Counted from the first letter of the stretch, positions 12,891-25,404 are shown. The stretch is DNA of 64,000 nt from Callorhinchus milii (GCF_018977255.1 NW_024704743.1:87918001-87982000), one strand, 5' to 3'. Numbers and translations: made by a program. Notes: generated by a model not told the origin, from the sequence alone.

Positions 12891-13225
12891 CTTGGGTTAA
12901 TTCCCGGGCGAGGCGAAATGTTGAGCAAGTTTCCTTATTCCACACACATGCCTCTGTTTACCTAGCAGCAAGCAGGAACCTGCTTGTTAGTCGATTGGCA
13001 GATCGCTTTTCCGGGGGTAATAATTCTTTCAAAAAATAATAATAATAAATTGGTCACTTCAATCCACGACTGTTTGTAGAACACTGCTGTGCGTAATTGG
13101 CTGCCGCGTTTCACCCACAAAATATGCAGTCAATTCACTTTACAGTATATTCTGTGAAGTGCTTTGAAACGTCTCGAAGACGTGATAAGGCGTTATATCA
13201 AATGCAAGGATTATTATTATTATTA
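12891..13225 (+). mobile_element. tRNA-Ala-like-head SINE family copy (head clipped)
   Basis: gggttaattcccgggcg...gagcaagtttccttattccacac...cctctgtttacctagcag matches 32091-32435; (TTA)n tail. Confidence 0.85.
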
Positions 13226-13853
13226 TCAGTAAGAGATGATCCAGGAAGGATTGCAGTTCAGAATAAAAGGGAAAAGACAATAGACCAGAAAGAGGGAAAA
13301 TATCTGAGTTAAGAACAGTAGGATCTCAGGAAGCCCTAGGTAACAAGATCAGACAACCAGACAGGAACATTAAAGGGCTAAAGAATAAAATTTGTTCTGT
13401 ATACATAACTGCTAGAACCATTCAAAATCCTGGAGGCAGTGATGGCAATGAGTTATTATGATGTGGCGAAATCGGAATGATGAAATTGACAGCTTATAAA
13501 GGTACAGGTTATTCAGAAAGTTCAATCAAAAGGCAAGGTGGAGGTTTCCATTATATGTAAAGGACACCTGGGAGGTTAAGGTAGTTGGGTCAGGTCACAT
13601 GATCAATCATGGTATGAAATCCTCTGGTTAGGTGTTCTCAATGAGAAAAAGGCCAGGCTGACATTGGGTTTTGCTGCAGAAGACCAGGCCAAAGGAAGAG
13701 GAACAACTTGCCACATTATGATATTAGGAGTGTATGTGATAAAACAAAGGAAGTAATGAAGGGAGACTTTAAATAACCTGGCATCTACAGACCCAGTAAC
13801 CTCACCTCAATAATTGAAAAACTGGTGGAAGCAATCATGAGATGAAAAATGGA

Positions 13854-13907
13854 AGATGAAAATAATCAAATTTTCAACACAGATGAAAATAATCGAAATT
13901 TCAACAC
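13854..13907. repeat. 27-bp tandem duplication
   Basis: agatgaaaataatcaaattttcaacac followed by agatgaaaataatcgaaatttcaacac. Confidence 0.85.
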
Positions 13908-14161
13908 AGTTTCAAAATGGTACATCTTGTCTGAGATATTTGCAAAGTATCACATGAAAGACTCCTTAACAAACCGATGTCACTGGGTATTAAGGGGAAG
14001 ACAAGGCCATGGATTCAGAATTAGCTGAAGGGAAGAAAGCAGATTGTAGTTGTTAGAGGAGCTAGGTCAAAATGGGGAGGGGTATTAAGTGGAGTGCCTC
14101 AGGAGTCTTTTGTGCTCCTTGTATGTATTGAAGAGCTGGACTTGTAAACCCAGTGCAAGAT

Positions 14162-14658
14162 CCAACACAATACAAAATTACATTTGTAAAGCGCCTTGCA
14201 TGTCGGCAGGACGCCCCAAGGTGCTAAACAGTCAGGACCCAAGCAAGGGGAGGGGTTGGGATCAGGGAGGGTGGAGAATAGAGAGGGTAGGAGGGTGACC
14301 AAAGGCATGGTCAAAGAGGAGGGTCTTGAGTCGTGACTTGAAGGAGGCCAGGGAGAGAACGAAGTGAAGGGAATGTGGGATGAAGTTCCAGAGGGTGGGG
14401 GCAGAGAGGCTGAAGGCCCGACCACCCATGGTGGGGCATGCCGGTGGGGGACATGGAGCAGGCCGGAGCCTGCTGAGTGGAGGGAGCAGTCAGGTTGATA
14501 AGGGGTTAGAAGGTAGGAGAGGTAGGAGGGGACAAGGCCATGGAGGGCCTTGAAGTCAAGGACGAGAATTTTGAACTCAATCTCCTGAGTGATGGGGAGC
14601 CAGTGGAGCCAGGCGAGGGTGGGTGTAATGGGGTCACGGAGCCTAGTGCGGGAGAGGG
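14162..14658 (-). mobile_element. L2 LINE 3' fragment nested in CR1
   Basis: Similar to the other L2 3' ends; AAGAT at 14157-14161 and 14659-14663. Confidence 0.9.
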
Positions 14659-14887
14659 AAGATAGTTACATTGCAGATGACACCAAGTTGTGGAATCAGA
14701 AGAGGCAGCAAAATTCATAGAAAGAGAGCTTGATGGGGTGTACACATGGACTGATGATTGGCAAATAAAGTTCAGTACCGAAAGCAAGGCACTGTATATA
14801 GGATAGCAAGTGAATATGAAGTAATAATTATTATTAATAATAATCCATGCAACCTGGACTTTGAAGAAACAGCTTGATGCTGTAATG

Positions 14888-15106
14888 CAGGGTGGTCTAA
14901 CTGGTGGCCCACGGGCCACATCCAGCACATGGCCTAATTTCATCCGGCTTTCCCCTCCCTCCATTTCATCTGACCCAACCGCTCCCACAGTAACCCATAA
15001 TGTTATGTTTCTGGAAGGAAAACACAAAAATATTGCTTATACAGCCCACAGAAGTTTCTCAAATAGGGCATCTGGCCCTCAGCAGCCAAAAGATTGGGCC
15101 ACCTTG
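14888..15106. mobile_element. Non-autonomous hAT (Charlie-like) MITE, 219 bp
   Basis: Imperfect TIRs cagggtggtctaac / attgggccaccttg; perfect 8-bp TSD ctgtaatg at 14880-14887 and 15107-15114. Confidence 0.9.
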
Positions 15107-16949
15107 CTGTAATGGATGGGAATGGATGGTATAGTGGGTAATCCAGAAGGATGAGATCAAATAGGCCAAAGAGCTTTCTGCATTCGATGCAATTTTGCGG
15201 TCTTGCTTTTATCTCTGGTGTTCTGGACTAATGACCTTGTGGAGTACTTGTTGAAAGGCCATTCATTACTTGTGCCCTATAATTGGCGCCACAACTTCAA
15301 CACCAAGGGTAGGGCAAGGTACCTCAGGGAAAAGTCATGTTTCTTAAAGGTGTTGATTTACTACACGGCTTCCATATGAATGCCCTTCACTCCTGATATA
15401 TTTCCATGGAGACTGCATCAATATTTGATAAGGTGGCTCATGCAAAAGCCCTCAGTTATTCTTAAATTCATTCTCATGTTTTCGGGATTGCAGGGCTGAC
15501 AGCATTGGCGAATTTACGTTCAGTAGCAAAAACTGAGCAGATCTCGTCATGAGCAATATAGAGCAGTTTCTTCCAGAGGAGCATAAATTTTCTTCTCTAC
15601 CTCGTTTCTCAAATCTGAACTCACTAATGAGTTTTACAAAGCAACCTTTCTTCCAGGTGGAGCTAAGTTTGGCTGACTTGATGTCTCAATGTCTTTGGCA
15701 CTGGCTGTGGAGCCACTGGATTCAATGTTTAACAATAAAGCACAAGATTATTAAAACCATATATTATTTTAATTTAGAAATTGCGTGCCTGTCTCCATTC
15801 ACTTTGTCATGTCTTTTTTTCTCTCATGGATGGAGAACAGTTTTTATGGATCACATCAGAAATTGTAGTTCATTGTATATTATTGGCAAAGATTATCACA
15901 ATTGAAGAAAATGTAAATTCAGTTTTTGCTTAAGTATTGCTGCGCTTTTCTTTCATACCTATTTGCAGTTGCTATATCATGAAACGTTACATTTATTTAG
16001 TTTGGCATCTGTCTTGAATTATAACAGGAGCCATTTTACCCTTGAGTTTGTTGAGTTAAAATGTTTTCTTCTGATTGCTGAAGTCGTTCCAACTCCAAAG
16101 CACAAGACAAAGTGCAGACCTTGTCACGAACTGGTACCAGGATTTAAGTACATTCTTGCAATATGATTCACTGTCTGGCTCCAGCTTGACCATACATCTT
16201 CCTACTGCTCATTTTATTGAGTTACAGATGGCTGCAGCTCTTGTTGATTTCTGCAAAATGATTGTCTAAGGAGAAACAAATCTGGGAAACCCTTCCTTTC
16301 ATCAGCCGTTTTGTTTTCCTTTGGGCATGACAGTTTTGATCAAAGGAACAACCAGATGTATTTGGGAAAGATCAAAAAAGTTAAATGTTAAAGAGCAAGA
16401 CTGATTTCCAAAATGATTGGGCTGTGAAAGGAGATTTTCACATTTTTGGTTGCATTTTTGAATTTTCTGTTTGTTTATGCTGGGAAATTATTTTCATTAA
16501 CTGTAATAACCTCAGTCCTGGAGTGAATAAAAAAGAGCAAGGAAAGGGTGGTGGTGGGTGGGGGGGTGGGGAGGAGGTAAGGATTTGATTATTTTCCCAA
16601 ATGTAATGTAACCAACATATTTTCTTTTAAGAACAACATTCACACTGTTACAACAAATGGTTTGCTTCCTAAATTAGGCAATTTAGGATCAATTAAAAAT
16701 TAAAAATAGTACATTTGCTTCCAGGATTTAATTTTTTTTGAAAGTTTCATGAAAGGTAGAAAGTTGAAAAGGTAAATTGTTTGTCTATATGTGTTTGAAT
16801 AGTCACTCACTGCTTCCCTTCTTTGTGAAATTTTCCAGAATATTTATTATCTTTCCCTTTGGGATAGCTTTACTTTTGACCCTTGAAACAGGTATGCTGC
16901 AAGAATGGAACTTTTGTCTATTGGTTGTGGGAATTTATATCATACATAA

Positions 16950-17160
16950 AATTACATATAATTAAATAAACTGTTACAAAACAGAAATTCGCCAACTAGT
17001 CCATGCCGGTGTTCATGTTCCACATAAAGCTCCATCTCTTCGATTCCTCTCGCCTATGCCCATCTATTCCCTTCTCCCTCACATATGGATCATGTTTCCT
17101 ATCAAATACTTGTTTCTTGCTTCAACCACAGCTTTTGGCAGTGAGTTCTACAAGTCTTAC
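16950..17160 (-). mobile_element. CR1-type 3' tail
   Basis: ccaactagtccatgccggtgttcatgttccaca...gcttcaaccac...gagttctaca. Confidence 0.7.
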
Positions 17161-17364
17161 ATTTCGATGGTCTGGCGCAACGATATTGAGAATGTTTTCT
17201 TTATTCCTTAAAATAACACCCAGGAGCAATGCAACTAAATTAATGTAATGCTATGCTGCTCACACACTTTAAGTCTGCAGTACCATTGCTTAACGCTTAT
17301 TCTCTGCAGCTATGGATAACGATTTTTTTCAGGGAACTTTGGTGAAAGCAAAATAAGAATCCCT

Positions 17365-17755
17365 CTCCCCTTCGATTTACCCCTCTCCCCTCTTTGTTTG
17401 AAAGAGCTTTGACTTTATTTTTCTTTCTGCTGGAACCATACCTACAGTCTTCAGCTACTTTGCCCAGTTGGACACTACTTATGTGTGAGCCTTGAGAGTG
17501 TATGTTGCCAATCTATCTGTTCATACAACTTTGAGGCTAAACCAGGTCTTGTCCTTATATGACATCCAGACACACAGAGAGAGAGCTCTACCAGGAGTTG
17601 CTAGATAGTGATAGCTGTGGGAGAAATCAGCCAGGGTTTCCTTGGCTGATTTCTCCCTCTGTAATCCAATTTTGAGGTTCCTAATGCTGCCTGACAGATC
17701 ACTTGACTCAGCACAGTCCTGACTGCGATCAAATCTAGAGCTGTCCTCATCTGTA
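17365..17755 (-). mobile_element. LF-SINE-like element
   Basis: Ordered motifs atgtgtgagcct, cttgtcctt..tgacatcca.acacac, gatagtgat, tggctgattt, agatca..tgactcagcacag as recalled from the LF-SINE consensus. Confidence 0.7.
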
Positions 17756-17756
17756 C

Positions 17757-18132
17757 ATAATAATAATGCTAGCATTTGATATAGTGTCTTATTACAAGAC
17801 TGAAATGTCTCAAAGCACTTCACAGGATTTACTGGAGAGACCGAGTATTTGTAGGGAAACACAACAACTAATTTGCATCCAACAGCCATGAAGTGAATGA
17901 CCAGCTTTAATTTAGGGATTGTTGACCAGGACACCAAGGAAAACTCCCTTCATTTTGTGGGTAACATCCACCTCAACAGACAGATGGGACCTCGATTTAA
18001 CATCTTATTCAAAGGGCAGCATACTTCCAGCGCTGTATTGGAGTGTCGTCTTAGGGCTTGAACCCAATGTAGGGCTTGAATCCACAACCTCTGACTCAGA
18101 GGTATAAGTGCTCCTAATTGTGCCAGTCTAAC
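17757..18132 (-). mobile_element. Deu-domain SINE
   Basis: Tail gcatttgatatag, core catccacctcaacagacagatgggacctcgatttaacatc, head acaacctctgactcagagg. Confidence 0.85.
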
Positions 18133-18199
18133 ACCTTGCTGCCTCTCACAAAATAAACTGATTGAACCATAAGGACATTGCAAATTTGTATTCAACTAC

Positions 18200-18326
18200 A
18201 GGGGTATGGGGAAAGACAGGTAACTAGGACCACAAGGATTGCTCTATAAAGAGCCAGCACAGACATGATGGGCTCAATGGCTTTCTTCTGTGTTATAAAT
18301 TTCTATAGTTCTATTTCTATGGTTCT
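18200..18326 (+). mobile_element. CR1-type 3' tail (HE1/HER1-like)
   Basis: gagccagcacagacatgatgggctcaatggctttcttctgtgttataaatttctatagttctat. Confidence 0.7.
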
Positions 18327-19199
18327 GAGGCTAAAGTACCCTAGTTTTAACATATGGCTTATTTGTAATTGTAGGTGTGCCTGTCTGTCAAAACCCTCAC
18401 TTAGATATACTTGCCATTGTTTTGTGAAAATGTTATGTTAAGTAGTGTACATATAAATGAGAAAAGTAATTCAATCAATCCACCTTGCTTCATCATTCAA
18501 GTCCTGCTTCAGGAACTACACTTACCATTTATTATCCCCTCTTATCCACCACAATAAATCCAATTTAGGCTTGTGTGCAATGCTTGATTGAACATTACTG
18601 TGAATAACAATGCTACATTCAGTCTGTCGCTCAGGCATGTAACCAGACTGACCATCGATGCCCTAAAACCTTGTCATCCTGCTTTCCCTTCTGCTAGCAA
18701 CTGCAGCTGTCTGCCTGTTGTCACTCTTGCATTCAGATCTTCCTCTACACAGTTTCACTAACTGAGCTGTGACCCTCCCAGTGGTCTTTTCTCAGCTGCG
18801 ATACAATCCATCACCCTCTGAGGGTGCAAATCTTCATCTATATGGCACTCCTGCCTGCCCACTGCAAACGTCTCACTGTAACACTCTGTGTTACTATTTG
18901 CTTCCCATTCCTTCTCATTACTTAAGTGTTGGTCACTATCCTCCCAGCTCTTTTGTTCACAGCACGGTTTTAAAAAAAATTATCTCTTTGCACATTTATC
19001 AATAACCAACTATCAGCACCATATAAAAGTTCATACGGGCCTCACAGACTTACATTTGCATGGGGACCTTCATGTAATAGAACATGCTGAAATGCTTCGC
19101 AAACAGGAATAATTACAAATTATTATTATGTAGGTAAACATGGTAGGTAATTTGCTCCAATAATGTTCCAGAAATAACAATGGAAATGAGTCAGTATTA

Positions 19200-19450
19200 A
19201 TATATTCCTTTAATTTAATATAGTGCTTAGATTGTTGAGAGGCTCTCAAATACATCATAGTTACTTGTTGAAAAGTGTAGTGACATGTAATGGTAAGCGA
19301 ATGTGGTAGCAAATTTGCACAGAGCAAATTAATCTGATTGTCCTGGATTTGGATGAGAGAGAAATATTAGCCAGGAGCAAGGGGAAACTTGCCCTTCTTT
19401 GAAAAAGTAGCACGGAATCTCAAAGCAGACTGTTTAACAGCTCGTTCAAA
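19200..19450 (-). mobile_element. Older Deu-domain SINE fragment
   Basis: aagtgtagtgac...gcaaatttgcacagagcaa...aatattagccaggagcaaggggaaact. Confidence 0.6.
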
Positions 19451-22069
19451 AAAATGAGGTGGTGATTGAAATAATTAAAAAAACAAGTTGCATTTATTGA
19501 GTATAGCAACTTATCACGTTGAAACATCTTAAAGTGCTTAACAAAAGGATCTTAATCTGAATATTAATGAATGTTAGACCACAGAAAGTCTAGAAGATTC
19601 ATAGCTCTACTTTTGCAAGTAACTGGAGAGTTAGATATTGAATTAACAGGTAGAAGTTCTCACCTTGCAACATCTCACTTGTGAGTTGTGTGCTATAAAG
19701 AAAATATCACTCTTAGTGCATTACTGTTTGAAGTGCTTTTCTATTAATCACTAATATTGCTCTGCTGAAAGGTACAATTGCATCCAAGTGTAATTCAATC
19801 CTAAAGTGTTAACATAAGCCAGACACATGCACTATATTAGACTGAAAACCTGATGATATCATATTGTCAGGACAAAATGAAATTGTGCTGAGCAATATAT
19901 GATCTTATCTGTCCTGTTTTCCTTACTGCAACTGCAGGTAAGGATAAGATAGAAACCTTATATAAAAGGCAAAACGTATTTGGGTGGCCTTCAGTTTTGT
20001 CCGATTTGCAATGATCTAATATCTTTGAACAGCAACGTAAATGTCTGAACAAAAGAATTCTTTGAAATCACCAAATTTACTTTAAAATGTAACTTTCATG
20101 TTTCACTCTCAAAACACATTTTGAATCACATGGTGTCATTATGAAATTGGTAATGACTACAATAAGCTTTCCATTGTTCCTTCATTGTTTATTATGCAAT
20201 GCTACAGTAATTTACACACTTGTTTTTAACAGATTTCACTTCATGGAATTTGTGTGTGATGGAAAGTGTATCACTGTGTGATGCCATCTGTGTTATCCAT
20301 TGAACCTCCTTTTCCTTGGTGATTTAAAAGTGTACTGTTGTTCAGACCATTGTGTGCATTTAGTCTTAATGATTTAAACAGAGCCATACTTTAAACTAAC
20401 CAATTGTTCAGAATGCTGCACATGAAATGTAGAGTTGAAATATTTGAAAGCCAGTCAAAATTTTCATTCCCTTGTGTAACACAGAATAAATGAGTTTTTT
20501 TTCCTTTGCCCCTTATGTTTTCTAAATCTGGAAAATCTGTTCAAGCTGCAGAGTTAACTCTTGAAACTCGAGGTGTTGCTTGGTTATGTGCTATGAATTT
20601 TCATATTTATAAGAGAGATTCCTTCTAGTTTTCAGCATGAAGCTCCCTGTATGGAGATGGGTCATAGGTGAATCTTAAACAGACGATTGTGGCTTGTACA
20701 GTGATTCTAACAGTGGAGTGATATCAACTTGTATTTCTTTTTGCCTGCCCTTGGCTGGGGATAAAAAGGGATCTAATTAATAGTATTTCTTTATGGGAAT
20801 CTTTAATAAGAAGGCACCTAACAAAACCACTTAACAAAAAGAATTCCTCTGAAGTGTAGTGGATGTTGTTATGTAGCGAAACAAATCAAGTAGAATTAGA
20901 AGATCCATAACTCTGCTGGCTATATATGGTTGGAACGTTAATTTTTTCATAGATTAGAACGCCCCAGCCTGTGACATTTTCAAGAAGTAAATTTCAAGAA
21001 AATGTCACTGTTGGTAAATTACAGCGGGAAATATTTTTCTATTAATCTTTCGAATTTTCCATCAGAATTCCCATCCTCCCCTCAGGAATTCCACTACGAA
21101 TGTAGATCCCATTAGAGTGGAGTTCCCGTGGGTTGGAGTGACACACTCACGGTTTCAGACAGAGTTCCCATTTGTACAACTTAAATTGCTTATTGAGAAA
21201 TACCCAAATTAAACCCCCATGATGTATGTCTGCAGTGGTGATGGGGAAAGGAATGGTTGGCAGAAATGAGTTTTCTTCCCCAACTCCCCACCCTTCTCAC
21301 AGAAGCATATCTACTGTTGTCTGATGGCTGACTGGCATTAATCAGGATTATGGAGAAGTCTGTGACTTAGTCTAGGTTCTTTGGCTGGAGGAAGAAGAAG
21401 TAGGGAAGCAAACAGAGGGAAAGTAGTGCATCAGGATTCATTCTTTTATGATTGTCTCTTAAAATTTCCGTGAACGTTTATTTTTAATATGGATCAAACC
21501 GTGTGCATAAACTAAATTATGTGTTATTAGATGATAGACTGAGCTCAATTAAAATGTAATACAGTAATCCACAATATTATTTGGCATCCTCACACACAGT
21601 ATTAGGTCATTAATAACCGCAATTAGTAAACTGTTTTTGGTAACCTTCTCTCTGAACTGGAAGTCTATTGTTTAAATGCAAACTTGAGTCTAATTGAACT
21701 CCATCACTACATAGTCCCTTTGTGTTGTCATTTGGTGCAGTTTACATGCAGCCCGCCATCTGCTATCATTCTGGAACCTGGGTCTGCAGTGTGAATGATG
21801 CCAAATGTTGCCTTTAGTATTAAATTATGGCTCAGCTCAAAGATGACCTAATATTATGATTTATTTTTATTTGTGACTAAATTAACTTTTAACTTTTTTT
21901 CAAAAAAAACTTACGAGTTTATATTCAATTAAATGATTGTGTTAGGAGTCCCCTTTCTCATACTTTGTATATCTCTTAGATCACCACGCATATGACACCC
22001 TGTGTCTATCTTAGTTCTGTCCTGTGTCTCATATTCTATACATCTCCTATTTCAGTCCTGCCTAAATTG

Positions 22070-22650
22070 ATTTGGATGAAGAAGGCCCTTCGGCCCATCT
22101 GATTTCATCCATCCAGAGCACCCACCCTAACATCCCCCCATCAAAGCATCAACCTGCCTGTTTCATATGTTGTACCCAGATTCATTCAGTGATTTTAATT
22201 TTATTTTCTCAAATCAAATAAACCTTTCATATTAGGATTTGTAACATTTGGGAATAGATAAAGTACTTTTACTGAGATTGTTTTATTTTGATATCACACG
22301 AAAAACCTAAATCGCTGAGAATGAAATATTAGGGCATCCATCATTTAATATTTAATTAAACATTCACTGGGCTAAAACAAAACAATTGCCTCAACTCTGA
22401 AATTCTTATTGTGCCTTGTGTGTGTGGAGACCTGTCAACAAATCCAATAATCCAACATAATCTTTGCAAGTATCATCCATTTGACCCTATTCTTCCAGAA
22501 TACCCACCCTACTGCTTTCCTGTCAATCTGTTTCTTAAATGAATCCAGCACCCTGGCCTCATTAAGTAGACCATACAGCCGGGAAACAGGCCATTTAACC
22601 CAATTAGTCAGTGCCATTATTTATGCTCTACATTAGGCTTCAGCCCTCCC
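22070..22650 (-). mobile_element. Cluster of three short CR1 3' tail fragments (22070-22160, 22455-22560, 22565-22650)
   Basis: ggatgaagaaggcccttcggcccatctga; ccagaatacccacc...ttcttaaatgaatccag; ggaaacaggccatttaaccc. Confidence 0.65.
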
Positions 22651-23249
22651 ATAGTGATAGTCTGATAGTGAACAAAGATCACATTTGTAGGACACTGTCC
22701 ATAAAGACTGAGTGAAGCCACTGAGCTAAATAAAACTATCATTGCACAAGAGAATACTATATGGAATGCACTTTTATGTAAAAGTTGGTTGAAGAAACTG
22801 AGGACCCAATTAATGATGGAGAGCGGTTTGGAGGGAAGGGGGCTACTTCACATTGACCTTGTTCATTTCTGCATTTCCTGCATGATCCAGGAAGAGAGTG
22901 CTATGAAGGAAATGTTTGGAATAGGAATGTTGTTTCCATAGGAAGTGGCTGTACCTACAATTTATTGCCCATGATTACTATTCCACATTTAGAGCAAAAG
23001 TCTAATGCCAATATAGTACGAACCCAATTATTCCATCCCAGTCTGTTCAAAAATATATAGATAACATTTCTGTTGTGAAAAGTAGAAAGAATAACTCATA
23101 TTTTGGAAAAGCCTTATGCATCGACTATAACAATAATAATCTCTAGATTTTATATACCACCTATATCAAATGAAGGGAATATTATTGACTCAAAGAGCTT
23201 CACAGGATTTTCTATAAAGTTTTGTGACTGTATTTTATTCTAACCTGGC

Positions 23250-23560
23250 CGTTCCCTTCGTTCGCTGACAGCAGCCTATTCTATGTTCCTCCTTCTGTCA
23301 GCCTTACCATTGGCAGGCAGACTATCAGCCATTTGCTATCTGCTCTCTGGAACTCCATTTCCGGGTTATTCTGACTTGCTCCCTTCCTCCCCTCTTTTAA
23401 AGTACCTGTCAAAACTTACCACTTTGACTGTGTTTCGGTCATTCTCCTCTTCATCCCCTACAGCTTCCACCTTCAGCTCCGGTGCCCAACCAAAACTGGC
23501 AAATGCTTAAGGACGTCCTCCTGCGGTGAAAGGCACTACACACGTGTAAATTATATTGTA
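23250..23560 (+). mobile_element. Old L2 3' fragment
   Basis: ccattggcaggcagactatcagcc...ctctggaactcc...ggacgtcctcctgcggtgaaaggcactaca. Confidence 0.7.
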
Positions 23561-23884
23561 TTTTGTAGGTGAATGCGGCAGCCAATTTGTGAATTATAAT
23601 GTCTCACAAATGGCCATGAAAATGCTTTGCTCATAGAAAGGGCCCACAAAATACAATTAGGCAAATGACTGATTAATCTGGAGTATAAAGCAGTCAAACA
23701 AAAGTCATTATAACCATAAGGGAACTGTTGGCCCACATGCTCTTCCACTGGGCGTGAGTTCTTCCTTTTGTACCTGCCCGGTTTGTGAACCTTTCTAATG
23801 AAACAAAGAAAATAACTTCCCAGCTGCTTAGTGGTGGCAATATTCAGTGTACGTCCTGGTGTCATCAAGTGTCATCATACGTCT

Positions 23885-23982
23885 ACGTCCTCATCCAAAA
23901 CTCTGCCGCCCGCATTGTTACCCGCACCAAACTCCGCTCCCCAATAACCCCAGTCACTATATAATTCCAAGTTGTTGTTGTT
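23885..23982 (+). mobile_element. Second L2 family, internally deleted 3' fragment
   Basis: atccaaaactctgccgcccgcattgttacccgcacc (IQNSAARIVTRT) joined to tatataattccaagttgttgttg tail, same tail as 48575-48650. Confidence 0.65.
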
Positions 23983-24185
23983 AGTAGTTCATCATTGAAC
24001 AGGAGAACTAGCAAAGTGCACTCTTACACTTGATGACATAAGCTTGAGTTCTGTAGGACAATAAAACCTTGAAAAAATGAATTAGTTTGAAATGTTATTT
24101 ATTTGTTTGTTTGTTTAGCGCAATCTGTAAATTGTTTCTATGTACCTCACTGGAACTGTGTATACTGTGCCTATGTTTTATAATA

Positions 24186-24485
24186 CCCGGCTCAGTTGGT
24201 AGCACTCTTGCCTCTCGATCAGAATGTTGTGGGTTCAACTCCTGTAATACCAACAGCCTTCAAGAGCCTATAACACCGTTAGAGAAGAGAAGGTATTATC
24301 GCCACATTGGCCAACAATCTCCCAGATAAAATTGGTCATTCACTTCATGGGTGTCTGTGGGACATTGCTAGGCACAAATTGACAGCTAGGACACCATTAT
24401 ACTTTACGGAAAACTCTGTGAAATGCTTTGACATGTTTAGACATGATAAAGCCCTATATCAGATGCATATTTTATTACATATTAT
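24186..24485 (+). mobile_element. Deu-family SINE
   Basis: ggctcagttggtagcactcttgcctct head; ccagataaaattggtcattcacttcatgg body; tail. Confidence 0.8.
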
Positions 24486-24493
24486 TTGAATGT

Positions 24494-24660
24494 ATTGGTA
24501 CATGCCCCTTACCTGACCTGCCCAATGATAACAAGGTGAGCTTTCGGCCAATGGCCAGATTTACAATATTTACGTTTTATTATTGGCTTCCGTGCTCTCT
24601 ATGCGCATCATAAGTGAAAGATAATAAGCTTATGCTTTATAAGGACCGTTTTCCTCCAGT
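24494..24660 (+). promoter_or_regulatory. Candidate proximal promoter
   Basis: CCAAT at 24522 and 24548 (ggccaatgg), ATTGG at 24494 and 24582, GATA sites at 24526 and 24619, cttccg at 24587, tgcgca at 24602, tttataag at 24636; locally raised CpG; not repeat-like. Confidence 0.45.
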
Positions 24661-24796
24661 CTACAGAGGGAGAGGAAGAGCTCGAGCTGTAGACAGTTTG
24701 GAATTGTCTGTTTAACCTGTTTTAGCAGTGGGAGCTAAGGGAGTTGTGAAGCGGCTTATTCACTCAGCTGCAAACTGACTTGTATACAATAACAAA

Positions 24797-24817
24797 ATGG
24801 ATTCCCAGGACAGTACA
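24797..24817 (+). CDS. Candidate start-codon exon coding MDSQDST (gene unidentified)
   Basis: Kozak context aaaATGG, in-frame upstream TGA at 24776, no upstream ATG since 24660, phase-0 donor ACA|gtgagt at 24818. Confidence 0.45.
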
Positions 24818-25404
24818 GTGAGTACTGGCTGTGAAACAAAACTGTAACAGAATAGATTAACAGGCCACCCAGCTGCTGGCATTTTAAGGAATCCCGGGAT
24901 CTCTACAATGTGTTTTCCTCATAATAATCTGATCCTCCAGACCATGACTTGGTGTTTCACAACGACAAATTGATGGGCTGTTAGCAATTTAGCTTGATTT
25001 TTGAATGCATTTTGGGTAACTGATAATTTTTGCACATGCATTAGTTAGTTGTAAATTATACATATTCATTGAGTTGTGGGGGATAGGGGTTAATTAGTTG
25101 ATGAAGTGATAACTAGCAAGGAGGCCAATTTCAAGATGATTAGGTCTGACTTTCGGGGTAGAGGTGTGTGGAGATAGGGTATGGATATCTTTTTCTGGAT
25201 ATTAATACACCATCTAGGAAGGAGTAGAACCCTAATAAATCCTTTAAGATGCTTGTTCTGTCTTTCATATATACAGTAAAGTGGGCAAAGTTGGCTGATT
25301 TTCAGAGGTGCAAGTCCCAACCTCCACAGTCATTGTTAAGCTGTTGGAGACAAATTCCAAATTGTTTTAATTGTGGTGTGAGTTCTTGAGAATATCGTGG
25401 TTTT

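Larger units (their letters stand above)
13385..15200 (+). mobile_element. Heavily deleted CR1 LINE (endonuclease start, RT pieces, 3' tail) interrupted by an L2 and a MITE
   Basis: Remnants of YRLFRK/GKGGG, GDF, SGVPQ (agtggagtgcctcag), ADDTK (gcagatgacaccaag) and aagaaacagcttgatgctg tail. Confidence 0.75.

Noticed and set aside
20244..20298. Possible miRNA-like hairpin
   Set aside because: Only short scattered pairings; no recognisable mature sequence
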